From positions 124,434,001-124,498,000 of the forward strand of contig OX597814.1 in assembly GCA_951406725.2 (NCBI GenBank): 64,000 bases of DNA. The letters are read 5' to 3'. A program made the position numbers and the translations under genes. The DNA is from Octopus vulgaris. Lineage: Eukaryota. Within the stretch, counting starts at the first letter, position 1, and every line of letters begins with the position of its first letter. The notes under the pieces are model-generated. The model did no database searches and was not told the origin of the DNA. It saw only the letters and a list, made by a program, of their open reading frames with translations. Shown one piece after another: positions 14,467 through 26,999 of the stretch.

Positions 14467-14945
14467 GAACGGCGAAGGAGCCACAGAAAATGCCGTCTAC
14501 GCTTGAAGGAAGCCAGGTCAGAAAGACAGTAGCAGAGCTGTCATCGCGGGTCAACGACGGGAGGGAGGAGGAGGAGGAGCAAAAGAAAGAACGGTGAATG
14601 AGCCACAGAAAATGCCGTCTACACTTGAAGGAAGCAAGGTCAGAAAGACAGTAGCAGAGCTGTCGTCGCGGGTCAACGACGGGAGGGAGGAGGAGGAGGA
14701 GCAAAAGAAAGAACGGTGAAGGAGCCACAGAAAATGCCGTCTACACTTGAAGGAAGCCAGGTCAGAAAGACAGTAGCAGAGCTGTCATCGCGGGTCAACG
14801 ACGGGAGGGAGGAGGAGCAAAAGAAAGAACGGTGAAGGAGCCACAGAAAATGCCGTCTACACTTGAAGGAAGCCAGGTCAGAAAGACAGTAGCAGAGCTC
14901 TCGTCGCGGGTCAACGACGGGAGGGAGGAGGAGGAGCAAGAGAAA
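14467..14945. repeat. Minisatellite: 4 units of 116-122 bp with a variable (GAG)n tract
   Basis: Units start GAACGG(C/T)GAA at 14467, 14589, 14711 and 14827. Confidence 0.92.
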
Positions 14946-15315
14946 GGGAGAGAAAAAAGCATACTATACAGTAGTAATAGAAATAAAGACATTATTAAAT
15001 AAAATAACAGAAATTTTAGTATGTTGTAAGCATAAATATGTAGCGTCTTATAATTTTCTTAAACTTTAAAATATAATTTTTTAGAATATAAAAGCTTTTT
15101 GAAAATACGGTCCAATTAGATCATTAGATCCAATGAACACTTATGCACAAACCTGTAATCTTAAATTGTTTTTTTATAGTAATCAGTACAGAGTGGAATA
15201 TTCCCATTGGCTATTAATTGTATTATTAACTAAAGTTAACCTTTCAATGATTTTCATTTCTTATTTAAACGTGGTAATCCTCTTGAAAATATGCGGAACC
15301 TGATATTATGCTGTC

Positions 15316-17187
15316 AGTGTCAGACGTTATTTTTGTGTGAAAAAATAGGAAAAACTGTTAAAAAGTTTGTCATAACATTGAATCGCGCGAGACGCTTGCC
15401 GCTGCTTGTCGTTTCTTTTTATAGAAGGAACGTCGACCCTCAGTCATGGAGATATATGCGGGGATTGCCGCAACGAAGAGTGGCGCGTCGCTTGTGGTAA
15501 GAGACGTAACGTTCAAGAGGGAAAAAATGAAGGGATATGAGAAATATGTAAAAAGGGAGGGTGAAAGCGTCAACCTGATCCCTCCAGCAGAAACAACGGA
15601 GGAGAGGAACAATAAAATGATAATATACAGGACACAGGATAAGAACTCAAGGAAACTAATGCGAATATCGATAGAAGATATAGAAAAGTGTCTTGATGAC
15701 ATAATGGACAAAGCGACGTATGTAAGCAGAGGGAAGAAATATGGTACGGTGGAAGTGAGGTGTGCAACAAGTGAAGAGGCGGCCTCGCTATCTTCCAATG
15801 TACTCAGAGCGGAAAATTTTATAATACTACCTACATACAAAGCAAGATGAGGAGTAAGGGTTAAGATCCCAAACGTACCGCCGGAGATAAAGACGGAATC
15901 GCTGGCGACAGCCATTCTAGGGTCGGCTGAAGATGAAATAGAACTGGAGTCGATTACAGAAACTAATATCGTGAACTGGAAGGGATTCGGTGTCGAGTTG
16001 TGGCTGATGGCCATAATAGAAGATATCGAGCGAATTCCCTTTCAGATAGAGGTGAAAAATGGAAGAACAATTGGCGTAATTGTAGAGGGAAGAAGGCCGA
16101 ATAGTTACTTATGTGGAACAAGAGGTCATATAAAGGCAGAATGCCCATTATATGAATTTACAGTGGAGAAAGAAACAACAGAAAAAAGGAACAAAATAAG
16201 ACACAGAGTGGAGAAACTACAGAAGAAGAACAGAGAGAGAGGAAAAAAAAGAACAGGAGAATGGAAAAAACAATGCACTGAAAGAGAAAGAAAACAAGGA
16301 AAAAGAAACAATAGAAAAGGAACAAAAGAAAGAAAAGCGACAAGAGAAAAGAAAAGGCAGTACAATGAAAGAAAAAGAAAACAAGGAAAAAGAAACAACA
16401 GGAAAAGAACAAAAGAAACAAAGTAGAGAAACAACAGAAAATGAGCTCAAGAAAGAACAGAGACAGGAGAAAGGAAAAAACAGTACATCGAAAGAAAAAG
16501 AAAATATGGAAAGAAAGAAGAGAGAAAGGGAGAAACCAAGGGAAGAGAATAAAGAAGTAATCAGCCCTAAAAGGAAGACCAGGGAGCACTCAACAGAAAC
16601 TACAGTTTCGAAATGGGGGTACCAATTTTATGGAACATCGGTAATATACAGGGACTGCCCTGAAATGAACGAAATAATAGGGAAAACAAGAAAAATATCT
16701 TGGGTTAAATTGGGAACCAAGTTTGAGGCAGGTGCTCTAGTCCACGAGGACAGTTACCATGAATTCATGGAGGCCGCCGGGAAGTATGTGGTGGATCAAT
16801 GGAAGTGTCGATTGAAAGAGCGTCCATCTCGCGTGGAGAGATACGACACACTGGTGCACGAAATAGAATACACTTAAAATTGTGGAAAAGAAGGAAAAAA
16901 AATTCTGTTAGCAAAAGGTATTGTGAAACTCAATGAAATTTTTGTGTGGTAAACCTTGTGAATTTTGTAATAATTTTTTGAAAAAATCAATATGGGAGAA
17001 ACTGACAAAAATGTAACCACTCGATTTCGGGGATCGAGTGGACATTGCACCTCATTGTAATATCTTTTCATAACTCATTATTTAAAAAATTTTTTTTCGT
17101 CTTATTTTCATCCACTTTTGTTATTTTTAAGTTCCCCGATTTGTAGTGTCCCTTCTTTGTTGGCCCCTTGTGGGTAATAAAAAATCT
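15316..17187 (+). mobile_element. ORF1-only non-LTR element (Tx1/L1-like gag ORF1 with zinc knuckle), bounded by a 15-bp TSD
   Basis: Direct repeat TGATATTATGCTGTC at 15301-15315 and 17188-17202. ORF 15446-16877 has one in-frame TGA (15848) and one frameshift; GRRPNSYLCGTRGHIKAECP knuckle; K/E-rich region; AATAAAAAA at the 3' end; no RT. Confidence 0.8.
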
Positions 17188-17447
17188 TGATATTATGCTG
17201 TCGCTTATTCATCGATACTCAAAAACTGAACTTTCACCAACTGAATACTCACCATGTAGTGCCTTAATGCTTTTTGCTGGATTTTACCTCGAGAAAGGAA
17301 CCCTGAGGAAGGAGGGCTGAATTTCGAATACTTCGAACAACCACTTTTCTGAAACGGCTGCAGGTTAGGAAAAAAATTTTAATCGGTTCTTTCAATTTAG
17401 GTTTTTATTTTTCATGTTTATATTCGTATTTCATTGTTATGTTTATA

Positions 17448-18010
17448 TTGGGTTGTCCGGAAAGTTAGTTCCGATTTTTAAAAGAAAGTAAAAGGTCACG
17501 AAATACTTGCCATTACATTTTTAATGAACCAAATCTGAACCATTTCGTGCACAATACGTCTCTGTCTTTTCTTTACCTTGAAAATACCCTCTTCCCAGAA
17601 TTGAGGTGGTTTCATGGCAAAGAATTCATCAAGGTATCTTTTTACGTCATCTAAGGAATTGAAATTTTCACCATTAAGACTATTCTGCAGAGACTTGAAT
17701 AAGTGGAAATCTGAAGGAGCAATATCTGGGGAATAGGGAGGGGGGTAACACATCCCAGCCGAGCTGCAGCAATTTTTGCCTGGTTCTCAAAGCATCAAGT
17801 GCCGAAAATGAACTTTCTCATCTTTTATTTTAAAGGGTTACAAAATTAACACAGGTTATAGGAACATAAACCTTATTCCACGAAAAGATAGCTTAAACTG
17901 TGCTCTAAATGAAGGTGTAGTAAAATCCTATTTTATGGACTCAACCATGTTCTAAAATAAGTCGAAAGATAAGCTACACTAAATAGGCACGAACATTCCG
18001 GACAACACAA
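17448..18010 (-). mobile_element. Internally deleted mariner (second family)
   Basis: TIRs TTGGGTTGTCCGGAAAGTT / AACATTCCGGACAACACAA with TA flanks; PPYSPDIAPSDFHLF motif. Confidence 0.88.
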
Positions 18011-18248
18011 TATTTCTATATTTTTATCATGAAACTCTTAATATAAATATGTGGATATTCGTATGGAATAATACTTCATGTGCTACATCTGAATTTTCTT
18101 GTCTGAATGTTTTAAGACAAATATCCGAAATTCATATCGTATACCACATTTTACTAATACTTAGCTCATATACGGAGACAAAAATGTTGTACTATATACT
18201 GCAAATTACCTCCATTAAAATCCTCGTATTATATACATTATATATATA

Positions 18249-18783
18249 TAATTTAAGACCGATAATAAAAGTTATATTTCTTACAAAATATTCTGTTACT
18301 AGTCCTTTGCCGATCTTTATATTGACCAGTCTCCGAGTATAACATCCATACTTGCACGCAAGCCGGTTTACTGCACTTTAGTTGCTTGCTGATGTTCGAA
18401 AAGGAAACTTTTTGCTGTAATATACGATTTTTGCTCTCGTGACTGGACTAAGACTACGTTGTTTTCCCATTATTAAAAAATTGCATAATAACATTAAATT
18501 ATAACTTTATATGGTGCATTTAGGCTCGTTGTGTGACCACCCATTTTGGCCAAAAAATTGCATACATATTACATAGTCGTTAACTAATTTTGCCGGTAAA
18601 TTTGAAACATTTATGTTAATCTAACATTAGAATTCTTCAAGTTGTCTAAAAAATAGTTATTGTCTGCATCATTCGAAAGAGAAATAAATTTTGCATAAGG
18701 TGTAAAAGATATAAATAATTTGTATGGTGTTAGTAACAAAATATTTTGTAAGAAATACAACTTTTATCGTCGGTCTTAAATAT
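18249..18783. mobile_element. MITE-like element with ~55-bp terminal inverted repeats
   Basis: TAATTTAAGACCGATAATAAAAGTTATATTTCTTACAAAATATTCTGTTACTA and its near reverse complement at 18731-18783; TA flanks. Confidence 0.7.
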
Positions 18784-18804
18784 ATTTTCGCCGGTGTATA
18801 TATC

Positions 18805-19818
18805 TCAGGTCATCCCATAAGTTCTGTCCGAATTTTAGATAAAGAAAACAAGTGATCAAATGTTATATATTTAATTGAAAGTTAATCATCAATGTACTTT
18901 CCCTGATTAACTATGACTTACTTCCATCTATTTACAAGCTTTTTAATCCAATCAATGTAAAACTCTTTTGGTTTCAAAGCGAAGAACACTGAAATGTCAG
19001 GTTCGACCTCCTCCTGGCTTGCGAAAGTTGTGTCCCCCCTAATAATTCTGTAAACTATGAAACAAATGGTATCCCGAAGGAGTAAGGTCGGGAGAATAAG
19101 TTGGATGAAGAAATTTTTCTAAACCGACCTCTTCGATCTTCTGTGATGTGATCTTTGCAGTGTGGGGTTGCGTATTGTCTTGACGAAACATCACTCGTTT
19201 CCGACTCACTAAAGCGGCTCTTTTTTCCTTCAAAGCTTGGTTCAAACGCTCTAATTGCTGACAGTAGACTTGAGCATTGATTGTTGCATTAGGTGGTAAC
19301 AATATAAAATGAATTACGCCTTTGCAATCGCACCAGATAGAGAGTAGAACCTTTTTCCCATGAAGTTCCCTTCTCGGTGGTTGAGCATTTTCCCTTTTAC
19401 CAAGCCACTGTTTATCGAAAAAGGGTGAAATGAGTTTGCGAGAATGGAGAGAAGAGCAGATGTCAACTCGGGATTAGCGGTTGCTTTCGGGTAATACATG
19501 AGGCACCTATTTTCCAAGTTTAGGAATCTTTCCACGTTGTTGAAGATGACGTTGAACTGTTGTATGGTTTGAAGTAAGCTTTATTGCCAATTAATTCTTC
19601 AACTGATAATGACGGATTTTCTTCGAGTAATGCGTCAAGGAGCTTATCCTCAAACTCAACTGGACGTCCTGTTCGATATTCAACTTCAATTATGCAAACG
19701 ATCTCCTGCAAGTTCTTTCATTCAAGCACTTTCCCATAAACTGAATGTATGTTTCGAGTCGCTTCGGCTGCAGAGTTACCTATATTGTACTCAGAAAGAA
19801 TTATATGTGCCTTAAATG
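18805..19818 (-). mobile_element. Second, truncated copy of the 4139-5422 mariner family
   Basis: Same TIR TCAGGTCATCCCATAAGTT; RQDN and HPTYSPDLTPSGYHLF motifs; second TIR not found. Confidence 0.9.
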
Positions 19819-20565
19819 CACATATAACACCTTGATATCTCATGTTATCTCATTTTATATGCCTAAGACGTTTATTTTCTATTCTGGCTTTTATAGATTT
19901 CTATACATCATATTTGTATCTATAATTTATTTTAATCCCAAACATAATACGATCCTTGTACGAACGAAAGAACAAGAATGTTCTCTGGAACTTTTATCTT
20001 CCACCGGTATTTGTAATCGATGGTGACATGTGCGATGATTTTGCGATTGTCTTATATTTTACAGAGAAATTGGAAGCCCCGAATGTAAGCCACCACTTCA
20101 TGCATAATTCATTATTTATAGTTCTCTATTTCTAACTGAAATTCTGTCCTCAATAATTATAGATCTCTATTTCTAAATGTAATTCTTTTTCTTCTCGTTC
20201 AGCTTATAACTATAAGACGCATTCTTATCTGTCTCTTTTTTTCTTCAGCGTTCCCCACTTCGCCTCGTTAGGGTTAAACAGCCCTTACCGAATGTTTTCA
20301 CTGTCCTGTTTTAGTTAGCAGTTTTGACGTTCCACGTAACTCAAATTTTATTTAATTTGCTTTAGGGGAGCAATCGCTTTGACGAAGACGCCTCTTGTTG
20401 CATGCTCGCAATGCGGACTAGGTAAAACTGCCAACAACTGAGGGAAGGTTGTTTTTTTATGCTGCTTTCGCGCTATAGTTCTCTATATATAACTGAAATT
20501 CTTTCTTTCATCTCCTTCAGAAGCCAAGCCAAGCTAAGCCAAGCCAAGCCAAGCCATCTGTAATA

Positions 20566-20848
20566 GTGACACCAATGCCATGGCGTCGACTGTGGGCCGG
20601 TAGCTGTGTACAGTCGCCCAGAGCGAGCTCTGGTCGTCATGGCGTCGACTGTGGGCCGGTAGGTGTGTACAGTCGCCCCAATGTCGCCCAGAGCGAGCTC
20701 TTGTGTTTCAAAGGCATGTGACAGCAGCAGCGAGAAGATGCCAAATAATATAGGTGCAAGGACACAACCTTGCTTTATCCCGTTTGTAACAGTGACACCA
20801 ATGCCATAGCGTCGACTGTAGGCCGGTAGGTGTGGACAGTCACCCTGA
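20566..20848. repeat. Three GC-rich repeats (CATGGCGTCGACTGTGGGCCGGTAG..ACAGTCGCCC) with an embedded ~80-bp RTE fragment
   Basis: Units near 20579, 20638 and 20805; 20708-20786 matches RTE 11608-11688. Confidence 0.75.
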
Positions 20849-21071
20849 AGCTATAGCAGAAGACACATGCCTTGTTACCACACAGCCACACCTGCACCTG
20901 TGTGTGTGTGTGTGTGTGGGTGGATCGGTATGTGTGTATGGGTGTTATTATGTATGCATGTATATAAATGTATATATATATATATATATATGTGTGTACA
21001 TATTACATGTACATCTATATATACATCTAGACATACATGTTTACATATACTTGTATGTACATGTATATATA

Positions 21072-21122
<51 letters not shown>

Positions 21123-21224
21123 ATGTATATATACATGTATATGTATACATGTATATGTATAGCTGTATTTCTATAGATATACAAGTATATATTACTGAGT
21201 ATATATTACTAGTCGCCACGATAG

Positions 21225-21399
21225 ATCGTTAGCCACTACACAAAATGTTTTCGCTCCTTGTTTTTTCTGTGTCCCTTTCCGTAGAAAAGCGTAGGCTCGA
21301 AATGTAAAACACGTTTTCTATTCCTGAGCGTTGCACTAATACATCTGTCTGTTTTGTACACCACCTGTCTTCCTCTTTTTTTTTTCGTAAACTCTCCCT
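21225..21399 (+). mobile_element. Family A short PLE-type element, degenerate HHR motif at 21274-21311
   Basis: CCTTTCCGTAGAAAAGCGTAGGCTCGAAATGTAAAAC; aligns with 168-369. Confidence 0.65.
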
Positions 21400-21442
21400 A
21401 TATATATATATATATACACATATATATATATGTATATACATC

Positions 21443-21504
21443 CAGTATTACGTGTTAAAAGTGAAACAAAAGCATCTCTCTATTGTATGTATATGGATGT
21501 ATAT

Positions 21505-21540
<36 letters not shown>

Positions 21541-21590
21541 GGATGTATATACATATATATATATATACATATATATATGGATGCATATAC

Positions 21591-21666
<76 letters not shown>

Positions 21667-21697
21667 ATCATATATATATATATATAACACATATATG

Positions 21698-21750
<53 letters not shown>

Positions 21751-21756
21751 GCATCC

Positions 21757-21788
<32 letters not shown>

Positions 21789-21852
21789 GTATATACATCC
21801 ATATACATACAATAGAGAGATGCTTTTGTTTCACTTTTAACACGTAATACTG
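21443..21852. repeat. Fold-back inverted repeat (~63-bp perfect outer arms enclosing mirrored TA-rich sequence)
   Basis: CAGTATTACGTGTTAAAAGTGAAACAAAAGCATCTCTCTATTGTATGTATATGGATG... and its reverse complement ending at 21852. Confidence 0.9.
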
Positions 21853-22030
21853 AAATAGTGGAGAAGATGTGATATTGTTGTGAGCTCGTCCTAGGCAAGA
21901 AGTAAAACATTTCTTTTGCACATGACACTACATGACCCCTAAGTAAGACATGTGTAAAATTTGAATGAAATTGGTTGTGTAGTTCTCACGTTTTATGGAA
22001 ACACACAGACAGACAAACAGACATTCTCAG

Positions 22031-22095
<65 letters not shown>

Positions 22096-22199
22096 TATTA
22101 TTTAGAGATAACATTCGCATGTTTAAAAGCTCGAGGGTTTGGTCTAGTATTTGTACCTTCTACATGAGCCGGTATACTCTTAATAATCACAACTCTATT

Positions 22200-25100
22200 A
22201 TTTTCTGCTTGAGACATTAATCTTGCTTGCTGTGTTTCATCATCTCTTCTGCAGCATCAATACCATACAGCAGCAGTTGTTTCATAAGACCTTGTTAATG
22301 ATCATTGCACTAGAGTTCTTATCAGAGAAGATGAGGGACTAAGATGTATTCTTAAGTGCTGAAAAGCATGCATCTAAAATATACTTTGAAGCCTATTTCA
22401 ACACTTGTGATTATCTATTCAGCAATTCCATTTGATCCTGGATTATACGAAAATGCTTTCATGAGTCGACATCCAGTCTTCTTATCAAGCCATGTACACA
22501 TGTCTTTATCACGAAATTTACAAACATTACTAGGTGCGAACCTAACTGTTTGTGTTTCTGTTTATTCAAAACTCTTATTACTTTTGGTCACCCAGAATAT
22601 GCATCAACAAGTATTAAGTACTATCCATAATTCTTAATATAAACGTCATCCACATGCACGCGTATTCGTGCTATAATATCTTTAGGCCATATGTACACAG
22701 CATGGAGTAATTCTAGGTTTATTGTTTCTCATGTCAGACATAGTCATAGATATCGTTCCACATCATCGCAGTAGACTTGCCACTATGTTTCTTAATTCCT
22801 CTAATCTATTCCTTGTTGCCGTTAGCCACAATGTACGTCACTAAAGGCAGCTTTTATCATTAATACTATCAAACAGGTTGTTAGAATAATTTATTTACTA
22901 TTGCTCGAAATATTAACTTCAAATATTCATTTAGTTTTCAATGACTTAAATGGCCTCAGAACAATAGAAAAAATGCTCTAATTAATTTTAAATATTATTT
23001 ATTTTGAAATATCAGACAAAATATTTCAGACAAAACATAAATATCAGACAAAACATAAATTTCCCCAAGGTAAATTTAAAAAAAAATCATATGACTATAG
23101 TGTTCTTATAAATCAACATTATTTATAAATCCTGTCGTGATAATGCATTAACATGTGGTATTTGTGATCCTATTAGGTATTTCATAATAAATGCTGTCAA
23201 AGACTATCTTATAACTTGCTGAGTTGTTATTTTCGTTAACTACAGGTTTTAACAAAAGTTAATTCTAATGGATTACTATCCAAAATTAATTGAATTTTTT
23301 CTCTGTACAATCGCTTTCAGTATTCGTGTATTTTTGCTCAACCTATGGCTAATGCTCTTGACAAATATAATACAAAATATAATACATGTTCTTGTGAAGA
23401 TATTTCTGATACAGAGCTTTTCCTTGCATTAGTTGTGGCATTACAAATATGGACTGTTGCCCTCGATACTAACATCAGATTTATATTATAGTCAAATGCT
23501 ATTTGTTGTTGGACTCACTTTAAAAGCGGGGCACCACGTTTACGAAGTGATGCAACCGGCAATATTCGGTCTGAATAACGATCGACGGAGTTTCCTTAAA
23601 AATGAACAAGAGACGTTACTAGTTACTTTTGTCATTTGGCGGTTTAACATCAACTATTCTTACCACTAAACTACGATTTGGCAGCGGCAGCAGCTGCAGA
23701 TACATCTGATAAACAATAACATTATCAATACCATTTCCATGTTCAATTGCTCTCTAAAACAACACGGAATGTTTATATTCCTTATGTAAGACATGTTCAT
23801 CATAAAAGACCCATTGTTATATTTATCACAGTAACTTCTTTTGCTTCAAGACACGTTTCTATTTGATGGTGGTATGCCTCCTTCCTTTAAATCCAATTTA
23901 GCAAAATGATTCATGCTAGAAAGTGACTGAAATATTGATTTAGTATTTGCAGTTGGATAAGAATCTGAATAAATTCTTTCAGTTACATCAACTTTATAGT
24001 CTACACATATTCTAAGATCTCATCCAACCTTCACACAACCTATTTACTGTTACCGGCAGGAACTTCTGAAAGACTTTCATTAATTAGTTTTCTCAGCTTC
24101 GCTATGACTATTGGTTTTATTGGTAAAAGTCTTGCCCTAAAATAACATGAACTGATACTTCCTTTGAGAGGAACGCTAGACTTAAATCCTGTTAATCTCC
24201 CAAATTGTTTTGGAGCTTTACTCTCCTGAATTAACGTTGAACTACGAACATTTATCACGTCTATAACAAGCAAGCCATGACTTTTCTTACATTCAGTAAC
24301 AATAACATTCACATTCACTTACAAATTCTATTAATGCGCCAAATTTTCCCCAAATTTCAATGCGTGATCTATCAAATTGTTTTAGCCTGAAATTACATTT
24401 TCTTCATTTTGATTTATTGAAACCTATCCAGAAATTCTGAGGTATTGTGGTCAGCCAATTGCCAGTGTCAATTTGCATCTTATAATTAATATTATTGAGT
24501 ATCACGGATTATTGCCGTGTGTTTTCGGCCAGATTCGTGAATAAAGAACTTTCCTTTTTCTTTTACTTTGCCAGTTTTGTATTTTTATATACTGCCTTAA
24601 AACGAGTCTTTTCCCGTGTTACAGGACACGATGGTGCACGCTTACATCTACCGAAGTGACATGTATAATCAAATGTATAGTTGTTTGTATCAGTTCTATC
24701 ATCTTGTTTTTCTTCGCTGTATCTCTCATCTGAAATTTTGAAAACAGTTTTAGCTGTTAAAGAAAAGCTTTGGATCACTTGATTGAAAATATTCTAACGC
24801 TTTAACACCATGATCGGATGATTGCATGCTATCTGTAAGTTTCCTTTGAATTGTATTATCTTCTGCTTTTTTGTCCTTCCTGCCAGCATTACCATTTTTT
24901 AACAAAACCCAGCTGACACGCAGTTTCTGAGAATAATTCACCTTGACTAGATTTTGCTGCTGTAATAAGAATCTGACCTTTTCAGCAGTTATCGTTTTGT
25001 TTTGGGAATGGATATAGGATGACATCATTATAAATCGTACAAAGTTTTTTTACCATTACCTAAATTTTACAACACAGCCACTCCTACGCCTTCTGTGATC
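22200..25100 (-). mobile_element. Degenerate Gypsy (Mag-like) LTR retrotransposon internal region
   Basis: Minus-strand order: gag-like Cys/His region (~24650), protease QIDTG (~24470), RT LRICVDYK...DSYP...FAKLDLK (~23880-24020), integrase YNPGSNGIAE (~22430). No LTRs recognised. Confidence 0.7.
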
Positions 25101-25934
25101 TTTCTTCTATTTCAGAGCAAAGCATCACCCAAACTCTGCCATGTCTGAGCCAGCAAGTTTAAGCTCACTGTTGTTAATTAACAAGACTATTGCCATATAA
25201 TACAATGTTTCTCCGGATGCAATCATGGTCTCACAAAATCCTTTAGATTCTAAGCGGTAACATAGCGGTTCGGCAAAAAGAGACAGATAGAATATGTACC
25301 AGGCTTGAAAAAGATAAAAAGTTACTGGGGTTGATTCATTCGCCAAAAAATTCTAGGTGGTTCCCAGCATGGCCGCAGCCTAACGACTGAAACAAATGAT
25401 AAATAAAGGATAAGAGATTTCAAAGTTTTATCCAACTTAATGGTCAAGCTAATATATAGAATTATTTAAGCTACCTGAAATCATGCCATTTATAGGTACA
25501 GGAATTGCTGTACTTCTTACCACAGGATAATGGACTCCTTCCCCAAGGATACCTACAAATTTATGTTAAATTGGCCCGACTTGGAGCCGTTAAGGTGTTT
25601 TGCTGAGGCGAGAAGTCTGGTCGGGCAAGAAGATTGTATTTTTTATTCCTAAAAGGACTTGTGTAAGAGGTTTATTGCCTCAAAATGGTTTTGTATGTCG
25701 TTAATATAGGAGGTCTATTGCCTCCTTAATGTGTTATCATGTTAGAGATTTGTTGCCTCAAAATGTTTTATAAAAGAACAACGTGCTCGGGTATACAGCA
25801 ATCGGCGGGTGTTGCTGTTGCCCTCATTATTATCATATCGTTAATCATGCCATCTCATTATGTCCGTGTCCAACCCGCAGCTTCCTTTCTTTGTAAGGCC
25901 CGTGTGGCCAATTAAATGAATAAAAGAAGTCTAC

Positions 25935-26225
25935 TTCCCACCCACATGGTTCCGAGTTAAGTTCAACTGCATGAGACCAAAGCCTTGTGAGTGGATTTCG
26001 TAGACGGAAACTGGAAGAATTCCATCGTATATGCGTTATGTGTGTCTGCTTTACAAACACTGTTGGTGTGAATACGTGCCCGTCACTTAGCGGCTCGGTA
26101 ACAGAGACCGATAGAATAAGTACCAGGCTTTAAAAAATTAGCATTGGGATCGATTCGATTCCTTAGGCTAATTCTTTAAGGCGGTACCCGAGCTTGGCGG
26201 CAGTCTAATGACTGAAACAAGAGAT
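25935..26225 (+). mobile_element. tRNA-type SINE, degenerate (same family as 39131)
   Basis: CCAAAGCCTTGTGAGTGGATTT.GTAGACGGAAACTG and the 3' GCAGTC.AATGACTGAAACAAG. Confidence 0.7.
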
Positions 26226-26708
26226 AAAACACATGTAAACACGCAAAATGCATTTAATAATATTAGCATAACAATGACATCCTTAACAACGTAACAGAAA
26301 GCCTTTTTATGTCTTCGTTGAAGTGTCTTGCCTTGATGCAAATCAATTTATTCCACTTTCGGACTGTATTATGTTCATTAATTGTCGATATGTACCATTA
26401 ATATTTTCTTCGGATCCTACTATGTACTTTAATAATTTATAGCCTGATGGCAATCGTAAGCACTTCAGAGCAAGCAATGAACAAATGTTTGCTGTGCATT
26501 TAACAGTTATTAAAGTGATATTCAGCTTGCTCTATATCAGGTTTATATATGTAATAGGTGCATTAAAAACCTTTCTAGACAATAGAAAATTCGCAATAAC
26601 GGCTTTTCAAGTCGCCATGATTGCCCTTATTTGGAATGTTTGCTTTAAGCAAATGAGAGCATACTGTTAGATTCTGTATAAGAATATATGTGTGTGTGTG
26701 CGTGTGCG

Positions 26709-26757
<49 letters not shown>

Positions 26758-26828
26758 TATGTACGTATTTATGTATGTATGTATGCATATATATATATAT
26801 ATATATAGATAGATAGATAGATAGATAG

Positions 26829-26932
<104 letters not shown>

Positions 26933-26999
26933 ACGCATTCTCAGATGAAAGAAGGCCACTATTGTTCGCTTGATCTAAAATGGCAGGATCTACATTTCT

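Noticed and set aside
14467-14945. Repeat array as a possible CRISPR
   Set aside because: No unique spacers, no cas genes, eukaryotic context.
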